A stretch of 64,000 bases of DNA from Paludibacteraceae bacterium (lineage in GTDB: Bacteria; Bacteroidota; Bacteroidia; Bacteroidales; Paludibacteraceae). Made by a program: the position numbers and the translations under genes. Each line of letters starts with the position of its first letter. The first letter of the stretch is position 1. Under the pieces are notes generated by a model that was not told where the DNA came from, ran no database searches, and saw only the letters and a program-made list of their open reading frames with translations. This document shows, piece after piece, positions 53,256 to 63,012 of the stretch. The DNA lies in NCBI GenBank assembly GCA_017628395.1, contig JAGBZD010000042.1, positions 6,386 to 70,385 of the forward strand, given 5' to 3'.

Positions 53256-56200
53256 TTAAAGGCGAACGCCTTGTACATTATACTTCACACCATCACGGAT
53301 AATGATGAGTTGTCCGTTAACCACCATCTTCGTTGCTTGGTTGGTAGATACTACACCATCTTCAGTGAGGTTATCCACGCCTGTAGTGGTATTCTCACCT
53401 GCGGCACCCATCATCACACGACGACGACCAGGTATTGCTGCTACAGGTGTGGTATTGTTGTGAAGGGTATTTTTGTCGATGTATGCGCGATTAGCGTCCA
53501 ACCAGCAGCCTGCACCGCAGAGCCAGAACCTATTATCCGCAATCATGTAATTGCCTTGCAATACAGTTTCGTCTGTAATGCCATCGAATGTTCCTGTCAA
53601 GCCAGCTTTGCCTTCAATCGGGCTAAGAACCTCATCGCCTTCGTAATTTACAACGAGCTGATTGCTTGTTGCCTTGAAGATATATGGTTTACCAGCCACA
53701 AGTTCAGTCACTTCGTCTAACCAAATACCCATAGGAGTTACGCCATCGTCTTTCAATTGCAAGTATGAAATCTCATAGAACTCAGCACCGCTGTAGTTGT
53801 TTGAGCCATATGGCAAGCAGATTGTACCGAAGTAGCCGTTGGTCACAATGCGGGTGTATCTATGTTCGAGCCATTTAGCATAGAGCGTACCATTGGTATT
53901 TTCATCTACCGTAATAACTTCAGCACCAGAGAAATCAGGAGCTGCATACCAACCCTCAAAGAGATAGCCTTCTTTGTAAGGAGCGTTGAGTACGATTTCC
54001 TCAGTAGGCTGAGTTGGCATAGGGAATGTTTGACCCCAGTATGGTGCAAAGGCAGTAAGATGTGCTTCTACACCAGTAAAGTCAACGGCGTCAATATAGT
54101 CAGTTGAGTGCGCATTATCCTCACCAAAGAAGTTACCAATAGTGAATGTAAATACTCCCGCAGCAGATGTAGGTTGTGTCTTTACACCTTGAGCAACATC
54201 CATCTTCTTGTATTGGGTAGAAGCTACTGCATCAACATAAGTCGCCAACCATCCCCATTTAAGAGCATAGGTTGCATCAGCAAAAAGATTCCAGAATGCA
54301 ACTCGATCATCTACGCTGGTAATCGTTGTAGGAATACCTTTTGAAGAGTTGCCTATACCGAGTTGAGTTTCATAAGTAACATTTGTACGAGCAGAACCAG
54401 AGTATGCTCTCCAATCATCAAGAAGGGCGTTATACATATCCTTCTTGCTTGTCCAGCCGTACTTATTCCATACACCGTCATTGAGTTCGTAGGTGATTGC
54501 AGGAAGAGGTGCGAAGTTAGCTGTGAGAGTTACATCTTCTGCAGGAACAGTATATTCGAAACTTGCAGATATAGAAACCTCCTCTGCATCCTTAGTCCAA
54601 TTTACAAAGCGATAGCCAGTATTAGCAGTTGCTGTCAGAGTAACTTTTTCGCCAGCTTTGTATTCGCCGCCTTCGGTCACAGTACCCATCTCAGCAGGAT
54701 CTGCAACAACAGTTACTGTATATCTTGCTTCTTTCATGATTATTTGTGACTCAGGAGCAGGAACGGTGCAAATGTTATCCGTAGTAGGAACTACGAATTT
54801 ATACAAGCGTTCAGCACTTGCAGATGCCACATACAAGTCGCCTGCATAGTCAAATGCCACGCCGTCGATATTACCACCACCAAGCAGAGGTGTTGACATT
54901 AATTTGTTGATAGTTGGTTTGCCATTTCCGTCATATGCTACGATAAACAGAGTAACCATCTTATTACCAGCAAATGCCAAGATATTCTCATTCAGGTTAT
55001 AAGCCAATTGACCACGGTATGAAGAACCCGTATTGTTATTAGGGAACCAACCATTTAGATTTTCTTTAACAGCGAAATCTACCTCTCCATTCTTGTTTAC
55101 ATGAGAAAGAATAGGATAATCGTATCCGTAACGATTTTGCGCAATCCAAAGACCACCACGACCATCAGAAGCCATTGCATTATCATAAACAGCCCATTGG
55201 TTGTTCTTATCATGCGCAGCAAACAAGGTTACTTCGTCATCTTGTATTTTATAAATTTGTCCACCTGTCAAACCTGTATTTGCATTATCCATTACATACA
55301 ATGTACCCTCCGAATCAAAGCAGAGTGAATTGGCATATGTAATGCTACTACCCTTAATTAGGTTTTGTGCATTGCCTGCTAAATCATCTGGATTCATTGA
55401 ATAAATTGCCGTTGCAGGATCCTTGTAATAAGCAAATGCTACTTCACCTGTAACAGGGTCAACTGCTACACGGTGCATTTGTTGGCGAGTGATATTAATT
55501 TCATCAGTAGATGTAGGCTTGTTGGTGTTAAATGTTACATTTTGAGGAATGATACCTGTATATCCTGTAGCAGGTTGTACTTTCTCCAATGCTTGATTAT
55601 ACACAAACAATCCTGCGGTCATTTGTTTTGCCATTTCAGTAAGTCCGTCGTTACCACCTGTAGTACCTTCTGCCACATAGATGCGTCCGAAGTACATAGA
55701 GTTAGGGCTATTATCAACTGCCACACCTTGAGGAACATAGAAGTTGTATATACCCTTGTTTGGATCGGTGAGTTCAGCCATTTTAGCAATTGCTTCGCCT
55801 TCTACTTTCACAGACCAATAAATATCTTTATCACCTGTGAATGCTGACTTAGCGATAGTTACAGTCTTCGTTTCGCCTGCAGCAACAGTACCTACAACTT
55901 CTTGGGTTGGTGCAACTGAAGTACCCTCCTCATCGGTGAAGAAGATAGTAGCATTTCCAGCAGAAGTAGCAGTAAAGGTGAATGTATAATTAGCAGGATC
56001 AGCAACTGAATCTAACCTTAAATCATACGCCCACGCGCGAGGAGAAGCTTTCGCAAAAATAGCTTCTAAATTAACATTTTCTGTTGCAGTAAATGTACGA
56101 GTTTCCTCAGTTACGCCATCGCTCCATTGAACAAATACATAACCCGCATTAGCCGTAGCAGTCAATGTTACTTTTGTATCCTCGTAGTAAGTACCACCTG

Positions 56201-59200
56201 CTGTAACGGTACCCATATCGCTGTCATTAACGCTTGTATTGATAGTGTATGTAGGTATTGCTTCGAAGTTTGCTGTAAGATTAACATCACCCTCTATGGT
56301 AAACTTCAATGGGTTGTCAGTAGAGGTCTTATCGCCTGTCCAATTAACGAATCGGTAATGTTCTACAGCATTAGCGCTAAGTGTAACCTCAGTACCCTTT
56401 TCGTAAGTGCCATCACCTTCTACAGAACCCATAGCAGGGTCATTTACGATTACTGTCACTTCGCATTGTGTTCCTAACACCAGTTTTTGTGAAGCTGGAG
56501 CAGGAACGATGCAAATGTTATCAGCCGTTGGGATAGTATATTTATAGAATTTTTTAGTTCCAGTATTCACTACATACAAGTCACCTGCATAGTCAAATGC
56601 AAGTCCATCAATATTATTTGCTATTAACGGCGTTGTTGCTATATTGATCAAGGTTGGAACACCCGTCGTAGCATCAAATGCCACCGAATAGAGTTCCACT
56701 TTGCCATTACGACCTTGAGCCAAAATTTGACGCTCTGCATCGTATGCCAATGCCCCACGGTTACAACCTCCCTCAAAGCCATTGGTATTGTCTTTCCAAA
56801 CGGTATAATCCAACTCACCTGCTTTAGTTACATGTACAAGTTGATAGTAGGTATCCATTTGACCACGGTTGTGGCTTACCCAAAGACCACCATTGCCATC
56901 AGCAGCCAAACTGATTGAAGCATTTACCCATTTAGCATTTGGCTCTGTCAATTGAATTGCTTGACCATCAACAATCTTGTAGATTGTACCTTTACTTGCA
57001 GCAATATCCATCACATACAATGTACCTTCTGCATCGTAGCAGTGGGCTGCGGTACGAGTAAGACCAGCAACACCTTCCAATATGTTGGTAGCATTGCCTG
57101 CCATGTTTTCGCGGTCAATAACAAAGATTGCAGGATCATCTGCTACATTGTAGCAATATGTCAAATTACCAGTCTTTGGATCAATCTCCAAACGATGGAA
57201 CTTATTGCGATTATCACCCATTGTATATTCCGAAGGAAGAATAGGTTGAATGCCCGCATTTGCATCGGTATTCTTAATGGCTAATGTTTGATCAAAGATA
57301 AACAAACCAGCTGTTTGTGTTTTCGAACCTACTGTTCCATCTAATGCCATCTGAACATACACTTCACCAAAATATTTAGAGTCAGGATTGTTATCCACTA
57401 ATACACCCGTCATATCTACGAAGTCATAGATACCTTTGGCTTGATCGGTGATTTCAGCAACAGCAGTAATTTCTTCGCCATCCATCTTTACAGACCAATA
57501 TACATCTTTGGTAACACCTTCAAATGTTGTTTTAGCCAAAGTAACGGTATTTGAACCCGCAGCCACAGTACCTACTGCGTAAGGAGCCACCAATTCGTTA
57601 CCGTCTTTATCTGCAAAGAGCAATGTAGCCTCGCCCGCTGTGGTAGCCACGAACGAGAACTTGTAGTTATCACCGTCTGCCACTTGCGACAAATCATATG
57701 CCCACGCACGGTTAGGCACTTTCTCGAAGATTGCTTGCAGTGTTAACTCCGCAGCAGGGAATGTGCGAGTTGCGTCAGTCACATCGTCGCTCCATTTCAC
57801 GAAGCGATAGGTAGCTTTTGGAGTTGCTGCAATCGTAACCTCTTGACCCTCATCATATGTGCCACCACCAGTAACGGTACCCATATCCTCATCGTTAGAT
57901 GTTACAGTGATTGTTACTTGAGGAATAGCCTCGAAGGTTGCTATAAGATTAACATCACCCTCTATAGTAAACTTCAATGGGTTGTCGGTAGAGGTCATAT
58001 CGCCTGTCCAGTTAACGAATCGGTGATGTGCTACAGGATTAGGTGTAAGTGTAACCTCTGCACCCTTTTCATATTGACCAGCACCTTCCACAGAACCCAT
58101 AGCTTGGTCATTGACAGTTACTGTCACCTCGCATTGTGTTCCTAATACCAGTTTCTGTGAAGATGGAGCAGGTACAGTGCAGATATTCTCATCGGTTGGC
58201 AAGGTGAACTTTTGGAATTTTTCTTTCGAAGAGTTTACCACATACAAGTCACCAGCATAGTCAAATGCAAGACCATCGATATTGGTTCCAATATTAGCAT
58301 CTGCAATAGTATGCAATGGAGTCAAAGTGATAGTAGGCTCATAGCTTACAGTATAAAGTTCTACCTTACCATTTCTACCTTGTGCTAATATCTGACGCTC
58401 TACATCGTATGCTAATGCGCCACGCGCAGAACTTCCATCAAAACCTTGTGGGTTACTTGAATTAACATACCAATCAATCGTACCTCCACTGGTAACATGA
58501 GTTAGTTGATAATAGGTATCCATTTGACCACGGTTTTGACTTACCCAAAGACCACCACGACCATCAGACGCCATCGTGATTGAGGCGTTAGCCCAATTTG
58601 CATTAGCTACAAATTGTTTAGCAACACCATCTACAATTTTATAAATAGCACCCGTGTTAGGATATGAAGCATTGTCCATCACATACAGCGTACCGTTCTC
58701 ATCAAAGCAATGTGCATTAGTATGAGTAAGTCCAGTGACACCTTCAACTAAGTTGGTAACATTGCCTGCCATATTTTCGCGGTCAATAGCAAAGACAGCA
58801 GGACTACTTGCAATATTATAACTATATACAAGATCACCTGTGTTAGGATTAATATTCAAACGATGGAACTTGTTGCGATCACCACCTATGGTATATCCCG
58901 CAGGAAGAGATGGTTGAATACCTACATTAGGGTTGCTATTTAATCCATCTAATTTTTGGTCAAACAAGAATAGACCTGGTGTTTGCGCCTTACCTTGGGT
59001 TGTTCCCCCAAGGGACATTTGTACATAAATTTTACCAAAGTCTTTTGAGTCGGTATTATTGTCCACAACCACACCCATCATATTGTAGAAGTCATAGATG
59101 CCGCGAGATTGGTCAGTTATCTCAGAGATGGCAGGAATAGCCTCGCCGTCCATCTTTACAGACCAATATACATCTTTGTTTTCGGTAAAGGCTGCTTTTG

Positions 59201-61163
59201 CTACTAGTACGGTGTTAGCACCAACTGCTACTGGACCTACATCATGAGATGTAGGAGCTACTGGATTGCCGTCTATGTCTGCAAACAACAAGGTAGCAGT
59301 ACCTGCAGCAGTAGTATTGAATGTAAACTTATAGTTGTCGCCATCCTCTACTACCTTTAAATCATACGCCCATGCGCGAGGAGCGATGGCTTGGAAGTTG
59401 GCAGTATAAGTTGCATCACCTGACACGGTAACAGTGCGGGTAGCGTTCTCCTCGCCATCTGCCCAACCCGCAAACACATAACCTGATTTAGCAGTAGCTT
59501 TCAGTGTAGCAGATTCGTTAGCATAATAGGTATCACCACCAGTAACAGTACCCATATTCTCATCATTTGGAACGGCAGTGATGGTATATTTGGTATGCTC
59601 TTGGAAGTTAGCAGTAATAGTCATGTCGCTATTTACCGTTACAGTCAATGGGTTTTCGGTAGAGCTTACATCACCTGTCCAACCAGTAAACTCATAGTGG
59701 TCATTAGCTACAGCAGTAAGTTCTGCGGAAGCTCCATCTTCATATGTACCCAAATTACCTGACACGCTACCCATGGTAGGGTCGTTAACATTGGTTGTTA
59801 TCGTGTATAATGCAACAGTTGGCTCAACTTTTGTAACCACATCTGCTTTCTTTGCAGGAACTTCACAAGTGTTGTTGGTGGTAGGTAGTGTGTATTGTAC
59901 AAGAAGCATTACATTGGAGTCTGTAGAACCATATGAAGCGCCTACACATGCAATAAGATTGCCCGCATAATCAAGCGATAAGGTACTAACTTGCGCATAA
60001 GAAATAGAATGAGTCTCAGATAATTCAAGTGTTGGTTTGTTTCCATTCCATGTTATATTATACTCTACTATGTTATTTGAGCCACTTATATACAACTTAC
60101 TATTATCTGCATTCACAGCCAAACCAGCACCTTTACACATCTGCTTATCTTGTTGAAATTGAAGTGTACCATTTTTATCAATAAATACCAATTCCGTACG
60201 CGAACCTACAGCAACAGCATCATTTTGACTAATCCACACTCCTTTTTCTGTAGCAGCAAACGCGTTATTGGTTGATACATTGATGCTTGCAAATCCTTTA
60301 CAAATCCATGTTGGTACATTGCTCCATGATTTCAAGATACTACCATCAGGTTGTCCAATATGATAGCTCACAGCAGCCGAAGGGTTTGAACCATCTTCCA
60401 TCATAGTGTAAAGAACCATATTTGCTCCCGAACCAAAGACACCTACACCTGATGTAGAACTACCGATTTCTTCACCGTTGGTATTGGTAAATAAACCATT
60501 GCTAGCACGAGTTCCATCATAAAATTGTGTACATGTTGTAAGGTCAGAAGGGTCTACTACATAAATTCCTGATCTCTCAGCATCTGTATAGTCAGCTAAA
60601 AATAGCGTACCATCTGCCGCTACAGCAGGACGAGAATATCCATTACGACTTCTACCTAACTTATACACATCGTTACCAACCAATTGAAGTGATGGAGTAT
60701 AAACATATAAACCACCATTGCTATCAGTTTTTCGTCTATCTGTAACATAAACTCGTCCAAAATAGTTGGACTCTGGGCTATTATCAATCGCCGCATGTCC
60801 TCGACCGTATTTTTTGGCACCAGTGTACACTGCTTCGAATGCAGTAACTTCTGCAGCTGATAACTCTACTGACCAATTGAGTTGCTGACCATCATTGCCT
60901 GGCAAACTATACTCAGCAATTTCAACTTCGTTTTTGCCCAATACAGGATTTGTCAATGCTATCTCTCCTACCAACTCACTGGAGGTTGCATCATAAAATA
61001 TGATCTTACCAGATGTAGGAGTTTCATTTGCTGTGAAAGAAAAGGTATAAACCTTATCCACCAGCGCAGACGAAAGATCATAAGCGTATATTCGCTTAGG
61101 TTGTGCTGCAAACGAGAACAAACTCATCGTTATCGCAACTAAAAATAGAGTAAGTTTTTTCAT
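53256..61163 (-). CDS. giant secreted surface protein (2635 aa): signal peptide, four supermodules of about 555 aa, C-terminal region with a CTD-like tail
   Basis: Signal peptide MKKLTLFLVAITMSLFSFAA. Each module contains an AYDL-initiated Ig-like segment, a beta-propeller/NHL-like segment (IDGLAFDYAGDLYVVN) and two InlB-B-repeat-like units (MGTVTGGG.Y..G..V.L.A....GY.F..W). The protein ends KMVVNGQLIIIRDGVKYNVQGVRL. Confidence 0.85.
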   Translation of the reverse strand: MKKLTLFLVAITMSLFSFAAQPKRIYAYDLSSALVDKVYTFSFTANETPTSGKIIFYDATSSELVGEIALTNPVLGKNEVEIAEYSLPGNDGQQLNWSVELSAAEVTAFEAVYTGAKKYGRGHAAIDNSPESNYFGRVYVTDRRKTDSNGGLYVYTPSLQLVGNDVYKLGRSRNGYSRPAVAADGTLFLADYTDAERSGIYVVDPSDLTTCTQFYDGTRASNGLFTNTNGEEIGSSTSGVGVFGSGANMVLYTMMEDGSNPSAAVSYHIGQPDGSILKSWSNVPTWICKGFASINVSTNNAFAATEKGVWISQNDAVAVGSRTELVFIDKNGTLQFQQDKQMCKGAGLAVNADNSKLYISGSNNIVEYNITWNGNKPTLELSETHSISYAQVSTLSLDYAGNLIACVGASYGSTDSNVMLLVQYTLPTTNNTCEVPAKKADVVTKVEPTVALYTITTNVNDPTMGSVSGNLGTYEDGASAELTAVANDHYEFTGWTGDVSSTENPLTVTVNSDMTITANFQEHTKYTITAVPNDENMGTVTGGDTYYANESATLKATAKSGYVFAGWADGEENATRTVTVSGDATYTANFQAIAPRAWAYDLKVVEDGDNYKFTFNTTAAGTATLLFADIDGNPVAPTSHDVGPVAVGANTVLVAKAAFTENKDVYWSVKMDGEAIPAISEITDQSRGIYDFYNMMGVVVDNNTDSKDFGKIYVQMSLGGTTQGKAQTPGLFLFDQKLDGLNSNPNVGIQPSLPAGYTIGGDRNKFHRLNINPNTGDLVYSYNIASSPAVFAIDRENMAGNVTNLVEGVTGLTHTNAHCFDENGTLYVMDNASYPNTGAIYKIVDGVAKQFVANANWANASITMASDGRGGLWVSQNRGQMDTYYQLTHVTSGGTIDWYVNSSNPQGFDGSSARGALAYDVERQILAQGRNGKVELYTVSYEPTITLTPLHTIADANIGTNIDGLAFDYAGDLYVVNSSKEKFQKFTLPTDENICTVPAPSSQKLVLGTQCEVTVTVNDQAMGSVEGAGQYEKGAEVTLTPNPVAHHRFVNWTGDMTSTDNPLKFTIEGDVNLIATFEAIPQVTITVTSNDEDMGTVTGGGTYDEGQEVTIAATPKATYRFVKWSDDVTDATRTFPAAELTLQAIFEKVPNRAWAYDLSQVADGDNYKFSFVATTAGEATLLFADKDGNELVAPYAVGTVAAGSNTVTLAKTTFEGVTKDVYWSVKMDGEEITAVAEITDQAKGIYDFVDMTGVLVDNNPDSKYFGEVYVQMALDGTVGSKTQTAGLFIFDQTLAIKNTDANAGIQPILPSEYTMGDNRNKFHRLEIDPKTGNLTYCYNVADDPAIFVIDRENMAGNATNILEGVAGLTRTAAHCYDAEGTLYVMDIAASKGTIYKIVDGQAIQLTEPNAKWVNASISLAADGNGGLWVSHNRGQMDTYYQLVHVTKAGELDYTVWKDNTNGFEGGCNRGALAYDAERQILAQGRNGKVELYSVAFDATTGVPTLINIATTPLIANNIDGLAFDYAGDLYVVNTGTKKFYKYTIPTADNICIVPAPASQKLVLGTQCEVTVIVNDPAMGSVEGDGTYEKGTEVTLSANAVEHYRFVNWTGDKTSTDNPLKFTIEGDVNLTANFEAIPTYTINTSVNDSDMGTVTAGGTYYEDTKVTLTATANAGYVFVQWSDGVTEETRTFTATENVNLEAIFAKASPRAWAYDLRLDSVADPANYTFTFTATSAGNATIFFTDEEGTSVAPTQEVVGTVAAGETKTVTIAKSAFTGDKDIYWSVKVEGEAIAKMAELTDPNKGIYNFYVPQGVAVDNSPNSMYFGRIYVAEGTTGGNDGLTEMAKQMTAGLFVYNQALEKVQPATGYTGIIPQNVTFNTNKPTSTDEINITRQQMHRVAVDPVTGEVAFAYYKDPATAIYSMNPDDLAGNAQNLIKGSSITYANSLCFDSEGTLYVMDNANTGLTGGQIYKIQDDEVTLFAAHDKNNQWAVYDNAMASDGRGGLWIAQNRYGYDYPILSHVNKNGEVDFAVKENLNGWFPNNNTGSSYRGQLAYNLNENILAFAGNKMVTLFIVAYDGNGKPTINKLMSTPLLGGGNIDGVAFDYAGDLYVASASAERLYKFVVPTTDNICTVPAPESQIIMKEARYTVTVVADPAEMGTVTEGGEYKAGEKVTLTATANTGYRFVNWTKDAEEVSISASFEYTVPAEDVTLTANFAPLPAITYELNDGVWNKYGWTSKKDMYNALLDDWRAYSGSARTNVTYETQLGIGNSSKGIPTTITSVDDRVAFWNLFADATYALKWGWLATYVDAVASTQYKKMDVAQGVKTQPTSAAGVFTFTIGNFFGEDNAHSTDYIDAVDFTGVEAHLTAFAPYWGQTFPMPTQPTEEIVLNAPYKEGYLFEGWYAAPDFSGAEVITVDENTNGTLYAKWLEHRYTRIVTNGYFGTICLPYGSNNYSGAEFYEISYLQLKDDGVTPMGIWLDEVTELVAGKPYIFKATSNQLVVNYEGDEVLSPIEGKAGLTGTFDGITDETVLQGNYMIADNRFWLCGAGCWLDANRAYIDKNTLHNNTTPVAAIPGRRRVMMGAAGENTTTGVDNLTEDGVVSTNQATKMVVNGQLIIIRDGVKYNVQGVRL

Positions 61164-61228
61164 AAATATTTGGTATTTGATTATTTACGGTTATGTGTTT
61201 ATTTTGGAATACTTTTCCCAAAACCGCG

Positions 61229-61260
61229 CAAAGTTAGTGAAAATAAACAATATATGCAAA
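61229..61260 (-). promoter_or_regulatory. promoter of the giant gene (-7 TAACTTTG, -33 TTTG, 20-nt spacer)
   Basis: The reverse complement of 61229-61236 is TAACTTTG. The reverse complement of 61257-61260 is TTTG. Confidence 0.65.
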
Positions 61261-61339
61261 TAAATTGCAAAAAAAGTTAATTTTTCACTAAAAAAGGCTT
61301 ATTTTTGGGGAATTTATATACCAGTTGACACTATGCGTT

Positions 61340-61580
61340 GTTTTCCTTGTCGCGCCAGGAAGTTGATTGGCGCGAAAGTTGTTTGTGTTGTTTTTTAATA
61401 AATAATTCTTGTTGTTTTCGTTGTAGTGTCCGCTCGTATATAGTTCCCTTTTTTTCTATCCCTTCTCAATTTTTGTTTTGAGTTGCCAATGCGCCAAGCG
61501 CATTCTTCCAACTCAAACAAAATATACTCCTTGAATTGACGATAATTGACAACTCTATTGACGACAATTGTCTTTAACAA
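61340..61580 (-). repeat. structured non-coding cassette, copy 1 (241 bp)
   Basis: Near-identical to 61703-61943, offset by 363 bp. Contains hairpins at 61350-61375 and 61471-61522, and four AATTG(A/T)C sites at 61534-61572. Confidence 0.9.
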
Positions 61581-61702
61581 ATCCCTGAGCGCCCAATGTG
61601 TTGTTTTGGGCGCAATGTTGTTGGAATAAGTTGTTGGTGTTGTTGATTAAAGTAATCCTTGTTGTCTTTCGTTATAGTGTCAAGTCTGTTGCACCATACA
61701 TA

Positions 61703-61943
61703 GTTTTCCTTGTCGCGCCAGGAAGTTGATTGGCGCGAAAGTTGTTTATGTTGTTTTTTAATAAATAATTCTTGTTGTTTTCGTTGTAGTGTCCGCTTGT
61801 ATATAGTTCCCTTTTTTTCTATCCCTTCTCAATTTTTGTTTTGAGTTGCCAATGCGCCAAGCGCATTCTTCCAACTCAAACAAAATATATTCCTTGAATT
61901 GACAATAATTGACAACCCAATTGACATGAATTGTCTTCAATAA
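61703..61943 (-). repeat. structured non-coding cassette, copy 2 (241 bp)
   Basis: By eye it differs from copy 1 at only a handful of positions. Hairpins at 61713-61738 and 61834-61885. Confidence 0.9.
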
Positions 61944-61964
61944 TTCTGGCAACAGAGATAATAA

Positions 61965-62978
61965 TTACGGTCTATAAAAACTCTGCTCCAACAGCGCTTG
62001 CGCATTCGATTCGTTCAGCAGATCATAAATAGAAACATCTTTATTGTGGCGCATATAGCTATCCACAATACGCCACCCTACCCACTGACCCAAACGACCG
62101 GGGGAGTCTTGTGTCACCTCTGCCGTGAAAGGACCTTCGTTCAGATAAGAACTAAGAACCGTTGACTCGGTCTTAAATAAGTCGCGCTTCTGCATTATGC
62201 GATTCCAAATAGCTTGCTCGTAATGCACACACCATTCCCACTGCGCTTGCGTATAGCCCATCACATTCCATACGGGCTCATCTGGAAGCAACTGAGAAAG
62301 CAAAAACAATTGCTTTCCGCGGAAAATCATCTGATCCAACAACCTATTGGTCGTGCTGTTATACGCCATATGATACGACAAATACAACTTCAGCACATCC
62401 ACCACTACACACTCCTTGCGCATCGTCGGTTTCTGATAGTCGTACACCACCTGATTGTAATACGGATAGTCGCTACCCAAATACATATCCACTCCCACAC
62501 CAATCATATCATCGTAGTACATCACCGATGAATTAAAACCCGATACAAACAGATACACCGTAGGAACCACCCATTCTGGATAGAGATAATGCAATCGCGA
62601 AAAAGCAGTATTCAGTGCCGTTTGCAATGTATCAATATTGGCAAACATTGTTTGAGCAAGCGCATTCGTTTGCGCAAAACCCATCGCTGTATCCGTCAGA
62701 AAGTCCACATAGAGCTGACTAAAATACGCAGTATCCTCAGACGGAACACCCAATATACCCTCCACAAAAACAGGCATAAACGCCTCGTAATCAGCATACA
62801 GCTGGCTAATATCCGAATAGGCACTATCCGCTCTAACCGCCAACTGCGCACTATCAAAGCGCACTACTTCCACCGCTATAGGCTCAATATCCTTGGGGAT
62901 ATATTCATACTTATTCCCGCACCCGCAGAGCAACCCCACGAGCATAGCAATACAAAGTATGTTATTCCGTTTTCTCAT
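61965..62978 (-). CDS. GldB-like lipoprotein (DUF2268-like)
   Basis: Lipobox LLCGCG. The VEVVRFDSAQL opening resembles the GldB ERFDK motif by recollection. Start moved to 62978. Confidence 0.5.
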   Translation of the reverse strand: MRKRNNILCIAMLVGLLCGCGNKYEYIPKDIEPIAVEVVRFDSAQLAVRADSAYSDISQLYADYEAFMPVFVEGILGVPSEDTAYFSQLYVDFLTDTAMGFAQTNALAQTMFANIDTLQTALNTAFSRLHYLYPEWVVPTVYLFVSGFNSSVMYYDDMIGVGVDMYLGSDYPYYNQVVYDYQKPTMRKECVVVDVLKLYLSYHMAYNSTTNRLLDQMIFRGKQLFLLSQLLPDEPVWNVMGYTQAQWEWCVHYEQAIWNRIMQKRDLFKTESTVLSSYLNEGPFTAEVTQDSPGRLGQWVGWRIVDSYMRHNKDVSIYDLLNESNAQALLEQSFYRP

Positions 62979-63012
62979 CACCTTGACTTTCAACTGTAGG
63001 CAAAGCCGTTCT

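Noticed and set aside
61340-61943. Possible CRISPR array or minisatellite.
   Set aside because: There are only two long (241-bp) units with a partly homologous 122-bp spacer. No short repeat-spacer periodicity is present and no cas genes are in the window.
61395-61952. Two near-identical ORFs of 61 and 64 codons (61395-61580 and 61758-61952) inside the duplicated cassette.
   Set aside because: They run straight through the compound hairpin and the phased-site block, and have odd composition (KQKLRRDRKKGNY...TTTKTTRIIY). The third cassette copy does not preserve the frame. They are most likely by-products of the repeat.
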